From Dipteris shenzhenensis (lineage: Eukaryota), in NCBI GenBank assembly GCA_047967505.1, contig CM106538.1: a stretch of DNA of 64,000 bases. One strand, 5' to 3'. The translations under genes and the position numbers were made by a program. Every line of letters starts with the position of its first letter. Within the stretch, counting starts at the first letter, position 1. Positions 27,529 through 37,483 of this stretch are shown here, piece by piece. Below the pieces are notes generated by a model that saw only the letters and a program-made list of their open reading frames with translations, made no database searches and was not told where the DNA came from.

Positions 27529-28495
27529 TGTGAACATAAGAAAGACTACCCATTCTAAACGCATCGGCCATTCCAATGTTGAAGCACACTTTGCGAAGGT
27601 TCACTTGTTGAGAATGGAAGGAGAGACAAAGATACTTAGAGATACCTTGCATAACCTCCAAGAACAACTAACCCAAGAACAAAAAAAACTCACTGACTCA
27701 AAAATTGCAAAAGAGAGGTCACAAGAGACAATCACAAGATTAATAGATGAGAAGAACAAACTATTGAAAAAGGCTTGGTGTATCCAACAAGAGCTTGCTA
27801 CGTTGACTAGGAGATTAGAAAGGATAAAAAGAACCCCTCTAGGTTACAAGCATAGGATCAAGCCCGTGCAACCAATGGAGAGCTTGGCATATGGTAGTGG
27901 AGCAAGGAAGCGCAGGGTGAAAGCTACAAGGTATGCATATTTGGACTATTTTGTAATTATGAAGCATTACTTACAAATGAGTCATTTATTTTTCTAATGT
28001 TATCATCATTTTTGCAGAAATTTTATGGAGGAGGTTATTGGAAGAAATTCCTCGGACAAACTTTGTGTTGTAAAGAGTGTAGTTAAGAAGAAAGAATTTG
28101 TTTCTATTCTTAAGGACCCTCGTCGACATGCATTGCGACATGCAATATTACAAGAGGTTGCAACTGATTTAGAGAATCTTGTAGATCCATCGGAAGTTGT
28201 CCATGCATGTGATGCTGCTAGCATTAGTCAGCAAGGGTACTTAGCTATCTATAATGTCTTTGTAAATGCACTTTGAGGTCAAGGCATTAAGAATCCTCTA
28301 TTGCCGAGACTAGTATACATTAGAAATGCAAGGAAAGAAACAAATTCTGTTGTTCAAGATTTGTTGGGTGGATTTATACACGTCTTAGAAAGCATGACGT
28401 TGGAAGGCACAAACAAGACAAATGTGCAACATAGCAAAAAGAAAGGAGGACCAACTACCAAAGGGGCAAAGCAAGGACAAAGAACCTTTGAGTAC

Positions 28496-29486
28496 TGTTA
28501 TGGATAAAATTGTCTAAGGAAAAAAGGCATTAATATGTGTGTGTGTTTGTATATGTGGCAATAGTATAATAAAATATGGTGTGCATAGGGCCCAGGGTTG
28601 AGGTGGCAGGGCATGACCATGTGCCACCCTTCCATGTAAGAGGACCCATAAGGTGTGTTGTACATAATCCATGATAGTAATATTATAAAATGCAAGGTGG
28701 CATGGCTCCTCCATGTGCCACCCCTCCACCTAGGCTGCATTTAGTGAGATATGGCTCAAAGTCCATGGGAGAAGCAATATAAAATAGGTGGAGATGGATA
28801 TTATATTGAGTTATACCCTCCATATGAGATAAGCCCATGTGGGGGAGGTATAGAAGGACCAAGAGAGCTAGTTAAATAATGGGGAAAGTAGGATGAGGTG
28901 GCAAGATTCCTTGTGCCAACCCTCCACTTGTCCTCCTAGAGGTTTGAACATATTATAAAATTGGAAAGAGACCAAGGGAGTATCATAGACTTGAGATATG
29001 GGGCTTGATTTATGTGGAAAATTGAGGCAAAGGGTTGTCGCACACAATTGAGAGTGCGTACCCACCTAGCCCACATGGGAGACTTTTCCACACACACCAT
29101 GCATGTGGGAGGATACATTAATGTGGAGAGACCCCCTCTTTTGGCTATAAAAGGAAGGGGCTATTCCTTGATGAGACACGCTCATTCTTGTAAAGCCACC
29201 TAGCTAGTATTTTGATATTTCCCTCTCATCCCTTCTTTCAAATAAAGTATGATTCTCTTCCCTTGATGTCTACATCTCAACATTCCTCCTCCTATCATGT
29301 ACATGCTTCTCTTCCCTCTCTCCCTTTCCCCTTGTGTCATAGTCTCCCTTTTCCTTCCCTCCACTTCTAATTCCTTTTTCACCCCTATGACATCCCTTCG
29401 CCCTCTCGATCTCCTTTTCTCTATGGCCTTTGAGCGTCGCCATACTTAGCCTCTAGCCTCTGGTCTCGATAACTTTTCTGGCTAAA
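28496..29486 (+). repeat. 5' LTR
   Basis: TGTTATGG...GGCTAAA; by eye it differs from the 3' LTR by about 4 substitutions and one 1-bp indel. Confidence 0.95.
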
Positions 29487-29492
29487 AGTTTT

Positions 29493-29510
29493 TGGTGTGG
29501 CTGCTGGGAT
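29493..29510 (+). promoter_or_regulatory. Primer-binding site complementary to tRNA-His
   Basis: TGGTGTGGCTGCTGGGAT is the reverse complement of ...ATCCCAGCAGCCACA-CCA, the plant tRNA-His(GUG) 3' end as I recall it. Confidence 0.8.
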
Positions 29511-29624
29511 CCGAATCTCCACGGCTGGTGGCGAATCTTCTATTTGTACGGGTTACATCAACAAAACTATACCATCTGTGCTCTTTCTAAGCTACTGCGC
29601 GGCGTGCATTCGATTCGTGCGCTC

Positions 29625-29810
29625 CAGTTCTCTGGACTGCTGCGACTTCTGGTTACAGACAGTTTTCTGCGCTCACCTGCGTGACAGTTCTCTGGACTGC
29701 TGCGACTTCTGGTTGCGGACAGTTTTCTGCGCTCACCTGCGCGATAGTTCTCTGGACTGCTGCGACTTCTGGTTGCGGACAGTTTTCTGCGCGACAGTTC
29801 TCTGGACTGC
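29625..29810 (+). repeat. 60-bp tandem repeat (~3 copies) in the retrotransposon leader
   Basis: AGTTCTCTGGACTGCTGCGACTTCTGGTT units start at ~29625, 29685 and 29745, with a partial fourth. Confidence 0.9.
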
Positions 29811-30222
29811 TCTGGTCGCCGGACTGTTTTCTGAGCCCCCTGCAAAAGAGTAACAGCAGATCCCGCGCCCCCCCCGATCTCTTCCTCTTCTTCTTCTTCT
29901 CTTTCTCTTTCTCTTCTCCTTCTCCTCTCCTCTCCTCTCTTTTTATTAAAGAGTAGGATTGGAACCCAAGACCTCCCCCTTCACAAAAGAAAGTCTTATC
30001 ATTGGGCCAACAAGTTGAAAGTGGTAAAAATGTACTGATTTTTGTTCATATATTGAAATCGCGGGAGCTGTAACTCTCTAACTGTAAGGAGTTTGCTCTT
30101 GCTGCAAAAAGCAAAAATATTTCATTTTATGTGCTCTATCCACATCTCTTGCTAGATCGCCAATTCAGAACTTCTCCAAGCTCACTTCACGGACACACGC
30201 CTCACGAGAAGGGTGGACATTT

Positions 30223-30633
30223 ATGTCACTTCTCGACGCGTTTAAGGAATTGGTGCCTGTTCTTTCGCACCTTACAGCTACCAATACACGAGATGTCTTC
30301 CTTGATCTTCATGTCGACCTTCAACGACTGATTGTCCAGTGCATTATTGATGGTGATGACGGGTGGAATGACACACCGTGGATGATTCATGGTGAAGAAG
30401 TACCGATACGCTGGGAGGATTTTGACTTTACTTCTGCTCATTGTGCGGTGATCGAACTACTTGCTGCTTCAGAGGTAATTAAAACGGTATCTTTCATCGA
30501 AGGGTGGGATGCTCCCCAAGCTTGGGGGGAGATTTGGCGCATCTGCTTGTTGATTCCTATGGAAAAGCTCGTCCTGAATGGTTTATTCACAATCTCATTA
30601 CAAAGGTTTCTAGGCCTTGGCTATGGTTGGTAA
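30223..30633 (+). CDS. Retrotransposon leader ORF1, 136 aa, unknown function
   Basis: ATG-started ORF whose TAA overlaps the next ATG (TAATG). Confidence 0.5.
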   Translation: MSLLDAFKELVPVLSHLTATNTRDVFLDLHVDLQRLIVQCIIDGDDGWNDTPWMIHGEEVPIRWEDFDFTSAHCAVIELLAASEVIKTVSFIEGWDAPQAWGEIWRICLLIPMEKLVLNGLFTISLQRFLGLGYGW

Positions 30634-30857
30634 TGTTTCGACCAAGGAATCCATTTGTACCTAATCAGCCTTTTGTGCCTCATTTCGAGCTTCAAATTGT
30701 AATTCTTTTTGGGCTTAAGATAAACTATCAACAAAGAATTGCAAGTTTATTTGGTGTTGAACGTTTAGCTCAAGTGTTGAATTCTCCCCACCCTCTCCTC
30801 CTACCTATCTTGGACTACCGAGAAACTTGGGATGTCCGCATTCTAGTCTTGGTGTGA
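30633..30857 (+). CDS. Retrotransposon leader ORF2, 74 aa, unknown function
   Basis: MFRPRNPF...RILVLV; bounded by TAATG and TGATG stop-start overlaps. Confidence 0.5.
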   Translation: MFRPRNPFVPNQPFVPHFELQIVILFGLKINYQQRIASLFGVERLAQVLNSPHPLLLPILDYRETWDVRILVLV

Positions 30858-31321
30858 TGACATCTTGGATTCTTCAATTTGATGGAGCTTACAAACCTTC
30901 GACCAAGGCGGCTGGCGTGGGTGTGAAGCTCACTTCACCGGGTGGTGAGGAGTATTGTTACAGCAAGTCTTCACCCGCAAGTACTTGCAATCAAGCTGAG
31001 TACTCGGTGCTCATTTTTGGGCTACAAAAGGCACAAGAACATCATGCCAAGCAATTGGAGGTGCAAGGAGATTCTCAACTAGTGTGTGAACAAGTTAGTG
31101 GAAGGTGGAAGGTGCGGAGCAAAGGCTTGGTTCCACGACATCAACAAGCCTTGGAACTTTGCAACCAATTTGAAGAGGTAAAAATTCAGCATATCCCTCG
31201 AGCTCGAAATCTTGTTGCTGATTTCTTGGCACGTGAAGCTTGTATTTCAATCACGCATGATGCGAGTGGAAGCGCCACCCCAACAAAGCCGCAAGCCACG
31301 AAGGAGGGTGATCGTTTGTAA
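30857..31321 (+). CDS. Additional (archaeal-type) RNase HI as a stand-alone ORF upstream of gag
   Basis: WILQFDGA, CNQAEY, VQGDSQLV and HIPRARNLVADFLA supply the four acidic RNase HI residues. Confidence 0.9.
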   Translation: MTSWILQFDGAYKPSTKAAGVGVKLTSPGGEEYCYSKSSPASTCNQAEYSVLIFGLQKAQEHHAKQLEVQGDSQLVCEQVSGRWKVRSKGLVPRHQQALELCNQFEEVKIQHIPRARNLVADFLAREACISITHDASGSATPTKPQATKEGDRL

Positions 31322-31457
31322 GGAATGCAAAGGTTGTGGTCATCATGAAACTAAGTGTTGGGCGTACTTAATACGAGTTCACCGACTTCGGAAGATCATC
31401 AGGAGGGTTCTCAAGGACATTGCTCAAAAGAAGGATGCCAGACCACACACCCCTTGA
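31257..31457 (+). CDS. Small basic CCHC zinc-knuckle ORF (66 aa)
   Basis: CKECKGCGHHETKC fits C-x2-C-x4-H-x4-C, flanked by Arg/Lys-rich segments. Confidence 0.6.
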   Translation: MMRVEAPPQQSRKPRRRVIVCKECKGCGHHETKCWAYLIRVHRLRKIIRRVLKDIAQKKDARPHTP

Positions 31458-31814
31458 AGAAATAGCATGGCGACTACAAGAACTGGAAGAAGCTGAAGGT
31501 GATGTGCAAGCTCTCCAACTGTTGACATTTGTCATGGCATTCTTGTTTGCCTTGATGAACAACCTCATGCAACGCCGCGCCTCTAACCCTCGCGTGTAAT
31601 GATCAATGTGATATCATGAGAGTTGGTCCTTTTAAGATTGTCTATGTGCTATTCTATGCTGAAGATTCTTCTCGTGTAATATTTCACACTACACCAGTCA
31701 CACCCTACCCTGCCTATGTGTGCTTTTTGGATGTATCTTCACCCGATTTTCAGTTCAAGCTTCCTCTTACTATTGTTCATCCATAGATAAGCCCCTCTTT
31801 TCCATCTTCCAAGC

Positions 31815-32765
31815 ATGGCTGACATTCCCGTGTTTTGTGGACGGGTAGAAGAAAATCCAAATGAGTATCTTGTGGCTTTCAAGCGCCGTTGTGTTTCTCT
31901 CAACTTTCTTACTGAAGACAGATGGCTATTGGTTCTTCCCACATTTCTAGAAGGTTTGGCTCAAGTGTGGTATGAGAAGCAAGCCGAAGATGTTCGCCAA
32001 AGCTGGCCAAGGTTGACAGCAGCAATGATTGAGTATTTCGGCAAAGAAGAGGAGACGGAGAATGTGTACCTGCAGGTGGCAAATTTGAAGCAGTCAGAAG
32101 GTGAGATGGCGCGTCGATATGTGGATCGAGCGGCCGTGCTCCTAGACCGTTTGATTGCCACACAGGAGGACAATGCCGGGTTTCGAGCTGGAATGACTCA
32201 GCATGTGCTGGGCTACCTTGTAGCAGGAGCGAGTGATGAATTCCGCCTCAAGCTTAAATGGGAGAATCCAGAAACTATGGTGCTAGCACATGAGATTGCT
32301 CAAAAGTTTGATAAAGTTCAGTCTGACCCCACTTCAAAGAAGATGATTGTCCCTCCGCATCCCCCTCAATTCCTGCAACAACAACCTGGGGGGTCTAACT
32401 CAGGGGCATACCCCCACCCCTCATCAGGGATGTATCCACCGCCTCCACCTCAAATGTATGGTCCTCCCTTAGATGCTTACCCTCAACAAGGTGGATATCC
32501 TCATCCTCTGCCTCAAAGATTTCCCCAGCCTCGCCCATGAGCTCCCCTCCTCTCTACTCCCGTGGCCCCTCCAACTAAAGAGGCCCCCCCTGCAACAGAA
32601 CCTGGAGTCAATGACTTAGCCAAGGTCCTGAATGATCTTTGGCTTGAGATGGTGGGCATCAGAAATCAAGCCAACCGCCCTCCAAGAGATCGTGCTAATG
32701 TTGTATGCTACGAGTACCACCAGAAGGGTCATTATCGCACAGAATGCCCAATATTCCGAGGGTGA
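31815..32765 (+). CDS. gag, with an in-frame TGA at 32538-32540
   Basis: Retrotransposon gag-like PVFCG..ENPNEYL and FLEGLAQVWY, a Pro-rich linker, and a degenerate knuckle CYEYHQKGHYRTEC in the same frame after the stop. Confidence 0.85.
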
Positions 32766-35700
32766 ATCTTCTAAGTGAGTCGGGCACTGAGGATTCTGAT
32801 GTGGAGATCCTTGATCTCAAGAAAAGAACTCGTGCTACCTCGGACCCCTCTCCAAACCGTGGACCGAGCTACCCCAGGAAGAAGGTGTCCTTCTCAAAGC
32901 CCTCAGATGCTGAGATGGCAGACCCACCAACAGAGAAGACTAAAAGATCTCGCAGGAGTAAGTGGTCACCCTCGGATTTTCCCATCGGCTCAGGGCAAGA
33001 GGACTATTCGGTCGTTCAAGACCTTGCTCATCGGTCTTTGAGCATCACACTCCCTCAACTAATAGCATTAACCCCTAAGGTTAGACGTGAGCTGCAGCAA
33101 GGTCTCTCAACAAGGAAGAGCAACAAAAAGGGAAAGGTACGAGAGGTATCTTCTATCTCTGAAGAAATTGATCGGCACCCACACACAATAGATGTCATCA
33201 TAGATAATTGCCGTGTCAAAAATGTGTGTGTTAATGGGGGAGCTGCATGTAATATCATGGTGCCCCGAATCATGAAGAAATTGAATTTGAAATGTACAAG
33301 GCGTTCCTCCACTCGAATCAAGGTAGCAGATGGTCGACGACTCGCCACCATGGGAGTCATTGAGGATTTGCCCATCACTGTCAATGGGTTGACCACCACT
33401 GTCAATTTCTATGTAGTGGACATTGAAGATACAGGCAGAAGTTACCCAGCCATACTCGGGAGACCATGGTTGAGAAAAAGTGATGCAGTCAGCTATTGGA
33501 AGACAGGACACATGTCTTTTGGTGCTTCCAAGGAGAAGATCCCGGTGCAACCTGGTGCCATGGAACCGGAAGAAGAAGAGGAGCATGACAGTGATACTAT
33601 CTCATCTTCTGTGTCTGAGTCCATGGAAGAATCAGACGGGAGGGACGAATTCTCAAAGGAGGAAGTTTACATGATGGGGGTGTCTCCGACCCTGCCACCT
33701 GTAGAAAAGATAACAGCTAGTCCTCAACAGCTCGAATCAATGCTTTCTCCAGACCTCACTCCAAGTGAGAAAGATGAGTTTCTTGAAATGTTCAAAGATT
33801 TCCCTGACCTCTTTGCAACTAGCTACCACCACCTTCGCCATGTGACTGCCATAGAGCACAAGATAGAGCTAAAGCCTGATGCAAAGCCTGTGGCTCAGAA
33901 GTATCAGAGATTAGGGCCCCTGCAGACCGACGCTTTGCGCTCAGAGTTGCAGAAGCTTGTAGAGGCTGGGTTTATTGTTCCGGTTCACAATACTGAATGG
34001 GTTTCACCAGTGGTAGTCATCCCAAAGGAAAACAACAAGTGGCGGGTCTGCATCGACTATAAGAAGCTCAATGCTGCCACCAAGAGGGATCATCATCCTC
34101 TACCCTTTCAAGACCTCATTCTTGAGAAGGTAAGTGGTCATGAGATGTATACTTTCTGTGATTGTTACTCTGGGTTTTATCAAATCAGAATTGCCGAGGA
34201 AGATGTGCTTAAAACCACATTTGCCACACCCTGGGGGACATTGGCATTCAAAGTAATGCCATTTGGCCTCACCAATGCTCCTGCCACCTTTCAAAGATTT
34301 ATGCAGATGGTGTTTGCTCCTTATTTGGGGGATTTCTTGGAGGTGTTTTTAGATGATTTCTGTATATTCTCATCACGTAAGGAGCACATCATGAAGGTTA
34401 GATTGACCTTCCAAAGGGTCAATGATGCAAATGGCAGTCTCAACCCTGAGAAATGCACCATTGGAGCCACTCAAGGGAGGTTATTGGGACATGTTGTCTC
34501 ATCCGAGGGCATCAAGCCTAACCCCGAGAAGGTAGAAGCCATCCTCAAACTCTCCCCACCTACAACCAAACGTCAGGTACGCTCATTTGTCAATCTAGCA
34601 GGATACTATCGCCGCTTCATTGATCAGTATGCTGCTTTGACATGGCCCATGACTATGCTATTGAAAGATGGGGTTGATTTTTCTTGGGATGAGGATTGTG
34701 ATCATGGTTTTGCACAAATCAAGAATGCTTTGGCTTCAGAACCCATTCTACGTAATCCAGACTGGTCAAAGACCTTCTATATCAATCCTGGGTTTGGTGA
34801 GCACACTCTGGCAAGTATTCTTCTCCAGCAAGGGGAGGATCGGTTCATGTATCCCGTTCGATTTGCTTCTCGACAATTGCTCGACACTGAGCGACGCTAT
34901 TCAGAGGCCGACAAGCATGCCTTGTCTTTGGTGTTTTGCATTGAGAAATTTAAGCATTATGTGGCTAGAAAGTCCTTCTTTATACTCACTAGCACTGGTC
35001 TTGCAAAGCAGGTTCTTCAATCACCAAATCCCATGGGCCGGTTGGCCAAATGGTTGGCAGTTCTACAAGAATATGATTTTTCTTTCAAAATTGTAAGAGG
35101 GGGTTGTTCCAACTTGAAGAATGCTTTGATTGATTTAGAGGAGTGCCTTGATGTAACCTTTGTAGCAGCCATAGAAGTTGGGGATCCTTGGTATGGTGGT
35201 ATCTACAAGTTTTTGACCGCTTTCTCCTTTCCTTCAGAAAGTACTAGCTATGAGAGAAAGAAGATCCGCAGAGATAGTAGGCGCTACACCCTCCTTGATG
35301 GGGTGTTGTACCGTCAAGGCATGGATGGGGTACTCAGATGGGCCATTGATGCAGATGAAGTGCCTAAGGTATTGAAGCATTATCATGATGGATTTTGTGG
35401 AGGCCACTATGCCAGTGACTATACAGCTAAGAAGATTTTACATGCTGGATACTATTGGCCGACCTTGTTCAAGGATGTCACTTTGTATTGCAAAACCTGT
35501 GAACCATGTCAATTCTTCGGTAGGAAGGATTTGCGTCCCGGGCAACATCACCCAGTGATGTCCATCCATCCGTTTCAGAAATGGGGAATAGATTTTGTCG
35601 GGCCCTTGCCCATGACTGCCCGCAAAAAGAAGTATCTTTTGGTAGCGACTCAGTATGTCACTAAGTGGGCTGAAGCTATCACCCTCTCTGCTGCAAATGG

Positions 35701-36505
35701 CAAGGCAGTTTCAAATTTCATATTTGAACGTATTTGCACAAGGTTTGGGACACCCATGGAGATAGTCTCTGAGCATGGGAGTCCATTCTTAAATGAAGCA
35801 GTGGAGTTACTCATGGATCGTATGGGCATTGATCATCACACTTCTAGCATCTATTATCCAGCATCCATGGGTCAAACAGAGCAGACCAATGGCCTCCTTT
35901 GTAAAACCATGGGAAAGATGGCCGCAGGGAACAGGAGCCAATGGGATCAGAAGGTCACTGAAGCCATGTGGGCTTACAACATCACTCATAAAACATCTAC
36001 AGGTCACACCCCTTTTGAGTTGGTGTATGGTACTGAGGCAGTTTTACCACTAGAGATAGAGATTCCGGCCTTGAGATTGGCACAGGAACAGAGGATGACA
36101 GAAGATGAACATGTAGAGGCCAGATTGGTACAACTTGAGAAGTTAGATGAAACCCGACGCCTTGCACTACACCAAACAGAGATCCAAAAGAATCGACAAA
36201 AGGCTCGATTGGATGCTAAGATTCGCAAGGGATGGGAAAGACACTTTGCTGAGGGGGATGTTGTGCTATGCTTTGATAACAGATTGGACCACCAAATGGA
36301 TAAGAAGTTTCTGCCACTGTGGGCTGGTCCATACAAAGTCATCAAAGAACGTAGCAATGGGTCTGTACAAGTTCAGGAGCTGCATGAACCATATGGCAAG
36401 AAGGTGATCAACAAGCGTTACCTCAAGCCTTTCTTTGTGCGTGATGGTCCCAGGCATGGAAATGCTATGCATTCCCTGCCTGGGGGGGGGAACTGTTATG
36501 GATAA
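32705..36505 (+). CDS. pol polyprotein (protease, RT, RNase H, integrase), 1266 aa
   Basis: VNGGA (protease site, D>N), ILGRPWL, WRVCIDYKKLN, MPFGLTNAPATFQR, VFLDDF, HHCC zinc finger, KWGIDFVGP and GPY; gypsy domain order. The ORF ends inside the 3' LTR. Confidence 0.97.
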   Translation: MLRVPPEGSLSHRMPNIPRVNLLSESGTEDSDVEILDLKKRTRATSDPSPNRGPSYPRKKVSFSKPSDAEMADPPTEKTKRSRRSKWSPSDFPIGSGQEDYSVVQDLAHRSLSITLPQLIALTPKVRRELQQGLSTRKSNKKGKVREVSSISEEIDRHPHTIDVIIDNCRVKNVCVNGGAACNIMVPRIMKKLNLKCTRRSSTRIKVADGRRLATMGVIEDLPITVNGLTTTVNFYVVDIEDTGRSYPAILGRPWLRKSDAVSYWKTGHMSFGASKEKIPVQPGAMEPEEEEEHDSDTISSSVSESMEESDGRDEFSKEEVYMMGVSPTLPPVEKITASPQQLESMLSPDLTPSEKDEFLEMFKDFPDLFATSYHHLRHVTAIEHKIELKPDAKPVAQKYQRLGPLQTDALRSELQKLVEAGFIVPVHNTEWVSPVVVIPKENNKWRVCIDYKKLNAATKRDHHPLPFQDLILEKVSGHEMYTFCDCYSGFYQIRIAEEDVLKTTFATPWGTLAFKVMPFGLTNAPATFQRFMQMVFAPYLGDFLEVFLDDFCIFSSRKEHIMKVRLTFQRVNDANGSLNPEKCTIGATQGRLLGHVVSSEGIKPNPEKVEAILKLSPPTTKRQVRSFVNLAGYYRRFIDQYAALTWPMTMLLKDGVDFSWDEDCDHGFAQIKNALASEPILRNPDWSKTFYINPGFGEHTLASILLQQGEDRFMYPVRFASRQLLDTERRYSEADKHALSLVFCIEKFKHYVARKSFFILTSTGLAKQVLQSPNPMGRLAKWLAVLQEYDFSFKIVRGGCSNLKNALIDLEECLDVTFVAAIEVGDPWYGGIYKFLTAFSFPSESTSYERKKIRRDSRRYTLLDGVLYRQGMDGVLRWAIDADEVPKVLKHYHDGFCGGHYASDYTAKKILHAGYYWPTLFKDVTLYCKTCEPCQFFGRKDLRPGQHHPVMSIHPFQKWGIDFVGPLPMTARKKKYLLVATQYVTKWAEAITLSAANGKAVSNFIFERICTRFGTPMEIVSEHGSPFLNEAVELLMDRMGIDHHTSSIYYPASMGQTEQTNGLLCKTMGKMAAGNRSQWDQKVTEAMWAYNITHKTSTGHTPFELVYGTEAVLPLEIEIPALRLAQEQRMTEDEHVEARLVQLEKLDETRRLALHQTEIQKNRQKARLDAKIRKGWERHFAEGDVVLCFDNRLDHQMDKKFLPLWAGPYKVIKERSNGSVQVQELHEPYGKKVINKRYLKPFFVRDGPRHGNAMHSLPGGGNCYG

Positions 36506-37483
36506 AATTGTCTAAGGAAAAAAGGCATTAATATGTGTGTGTGTTTGTATATGTGGCAATAGTATAATAAAATATGGTGTGCATAGGGCCCAGGGTTGAG
36601 GTGGCAGGGCATGACCATGTGCCACCCTTCCATGTAAGAGGACCCATAAGGTGTGTTGTACATAATCCATGATAGTAATATTATAAAATGCAAGGTGGCA
36701 TGGCTCCTCCATGTGCCACCCCTCCACCTAGGCTGCATTTAGTGAGATATGGCTCAAAGTCCATGGGAGAAGCAATATAAAATAGGTGGAGATGGATATT
36801 ATATTGAGTTATACCCTCCATATGAGATAGGCCCACGTGGGGGAGGTATAGAAGGACCAAGAGAGCTAGTTAAATAATGGGGAAAGTAGGATGAGGTGGC
36901 AAGATTCCTTGTGCCAACCCTCCACTTGTCCTCCTAGAGGTTTGAACATATTATAAAATTGGAAAGAGACCAAGGGATATCATAGACTTGAGATATGGGG
37001 CTTGATTTATGTGGAAAATTGAGGCAAAGGGTTGTCGCACACAATTGAGAGTGCGTACCCACCTAGCCCACATGGGAGACTTTTCCACACACACCATGCA
37101 TGTGGGAGGATACATTAATGTGGAGAGACCCCCTCTTTTGGCTATAAAAGGAAGGGGCTATTCCTTGATGAGACACGCTCATTCTTGTAAAGCCACCTAG
37201 CTAGTATTTTGATATTTCCCTCTCATCCCTTCTTTCAAATAAAGTATGGTTCTCTTCCCTTGATGTCTACATCTCAACATTCCTCCTCCTATCATGTACA
37301 TGCTTCTCTTCCCTCTCTCCCTTTCCCCTTGTGTCATAGTCTCCCTTTTCCTTCCCTCCACTTCTAATTCCTTTTTCACCCCTATGACATCCCTTCGCCC
37401 TCTCGATCTCCTTTTCTCTATGGCCTTTGAGCATCGCCATACTTAGCCTCTAGCCTCTGGTCTCGATAACTTTTCTGGCTAAA
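36494..37483 (+). repeat. 3' LTR, preceded by a G-rich PPT (36482-36492)
   Basis: Direct repeat of 28496-29486. Confidence 0.95.

Larger units (their letters stand above)
28496..37483 (+). mobile_element. Full-length Ty3/gypsy LTR retrotransposon with an additional RNase H ORF
   Basis: Two ~990-bp near-identical LTRs, AGTAC duplicated at 28491-28495 and 37484-37488, PBS, PPT, gag and pol. Confidence 0.97.
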
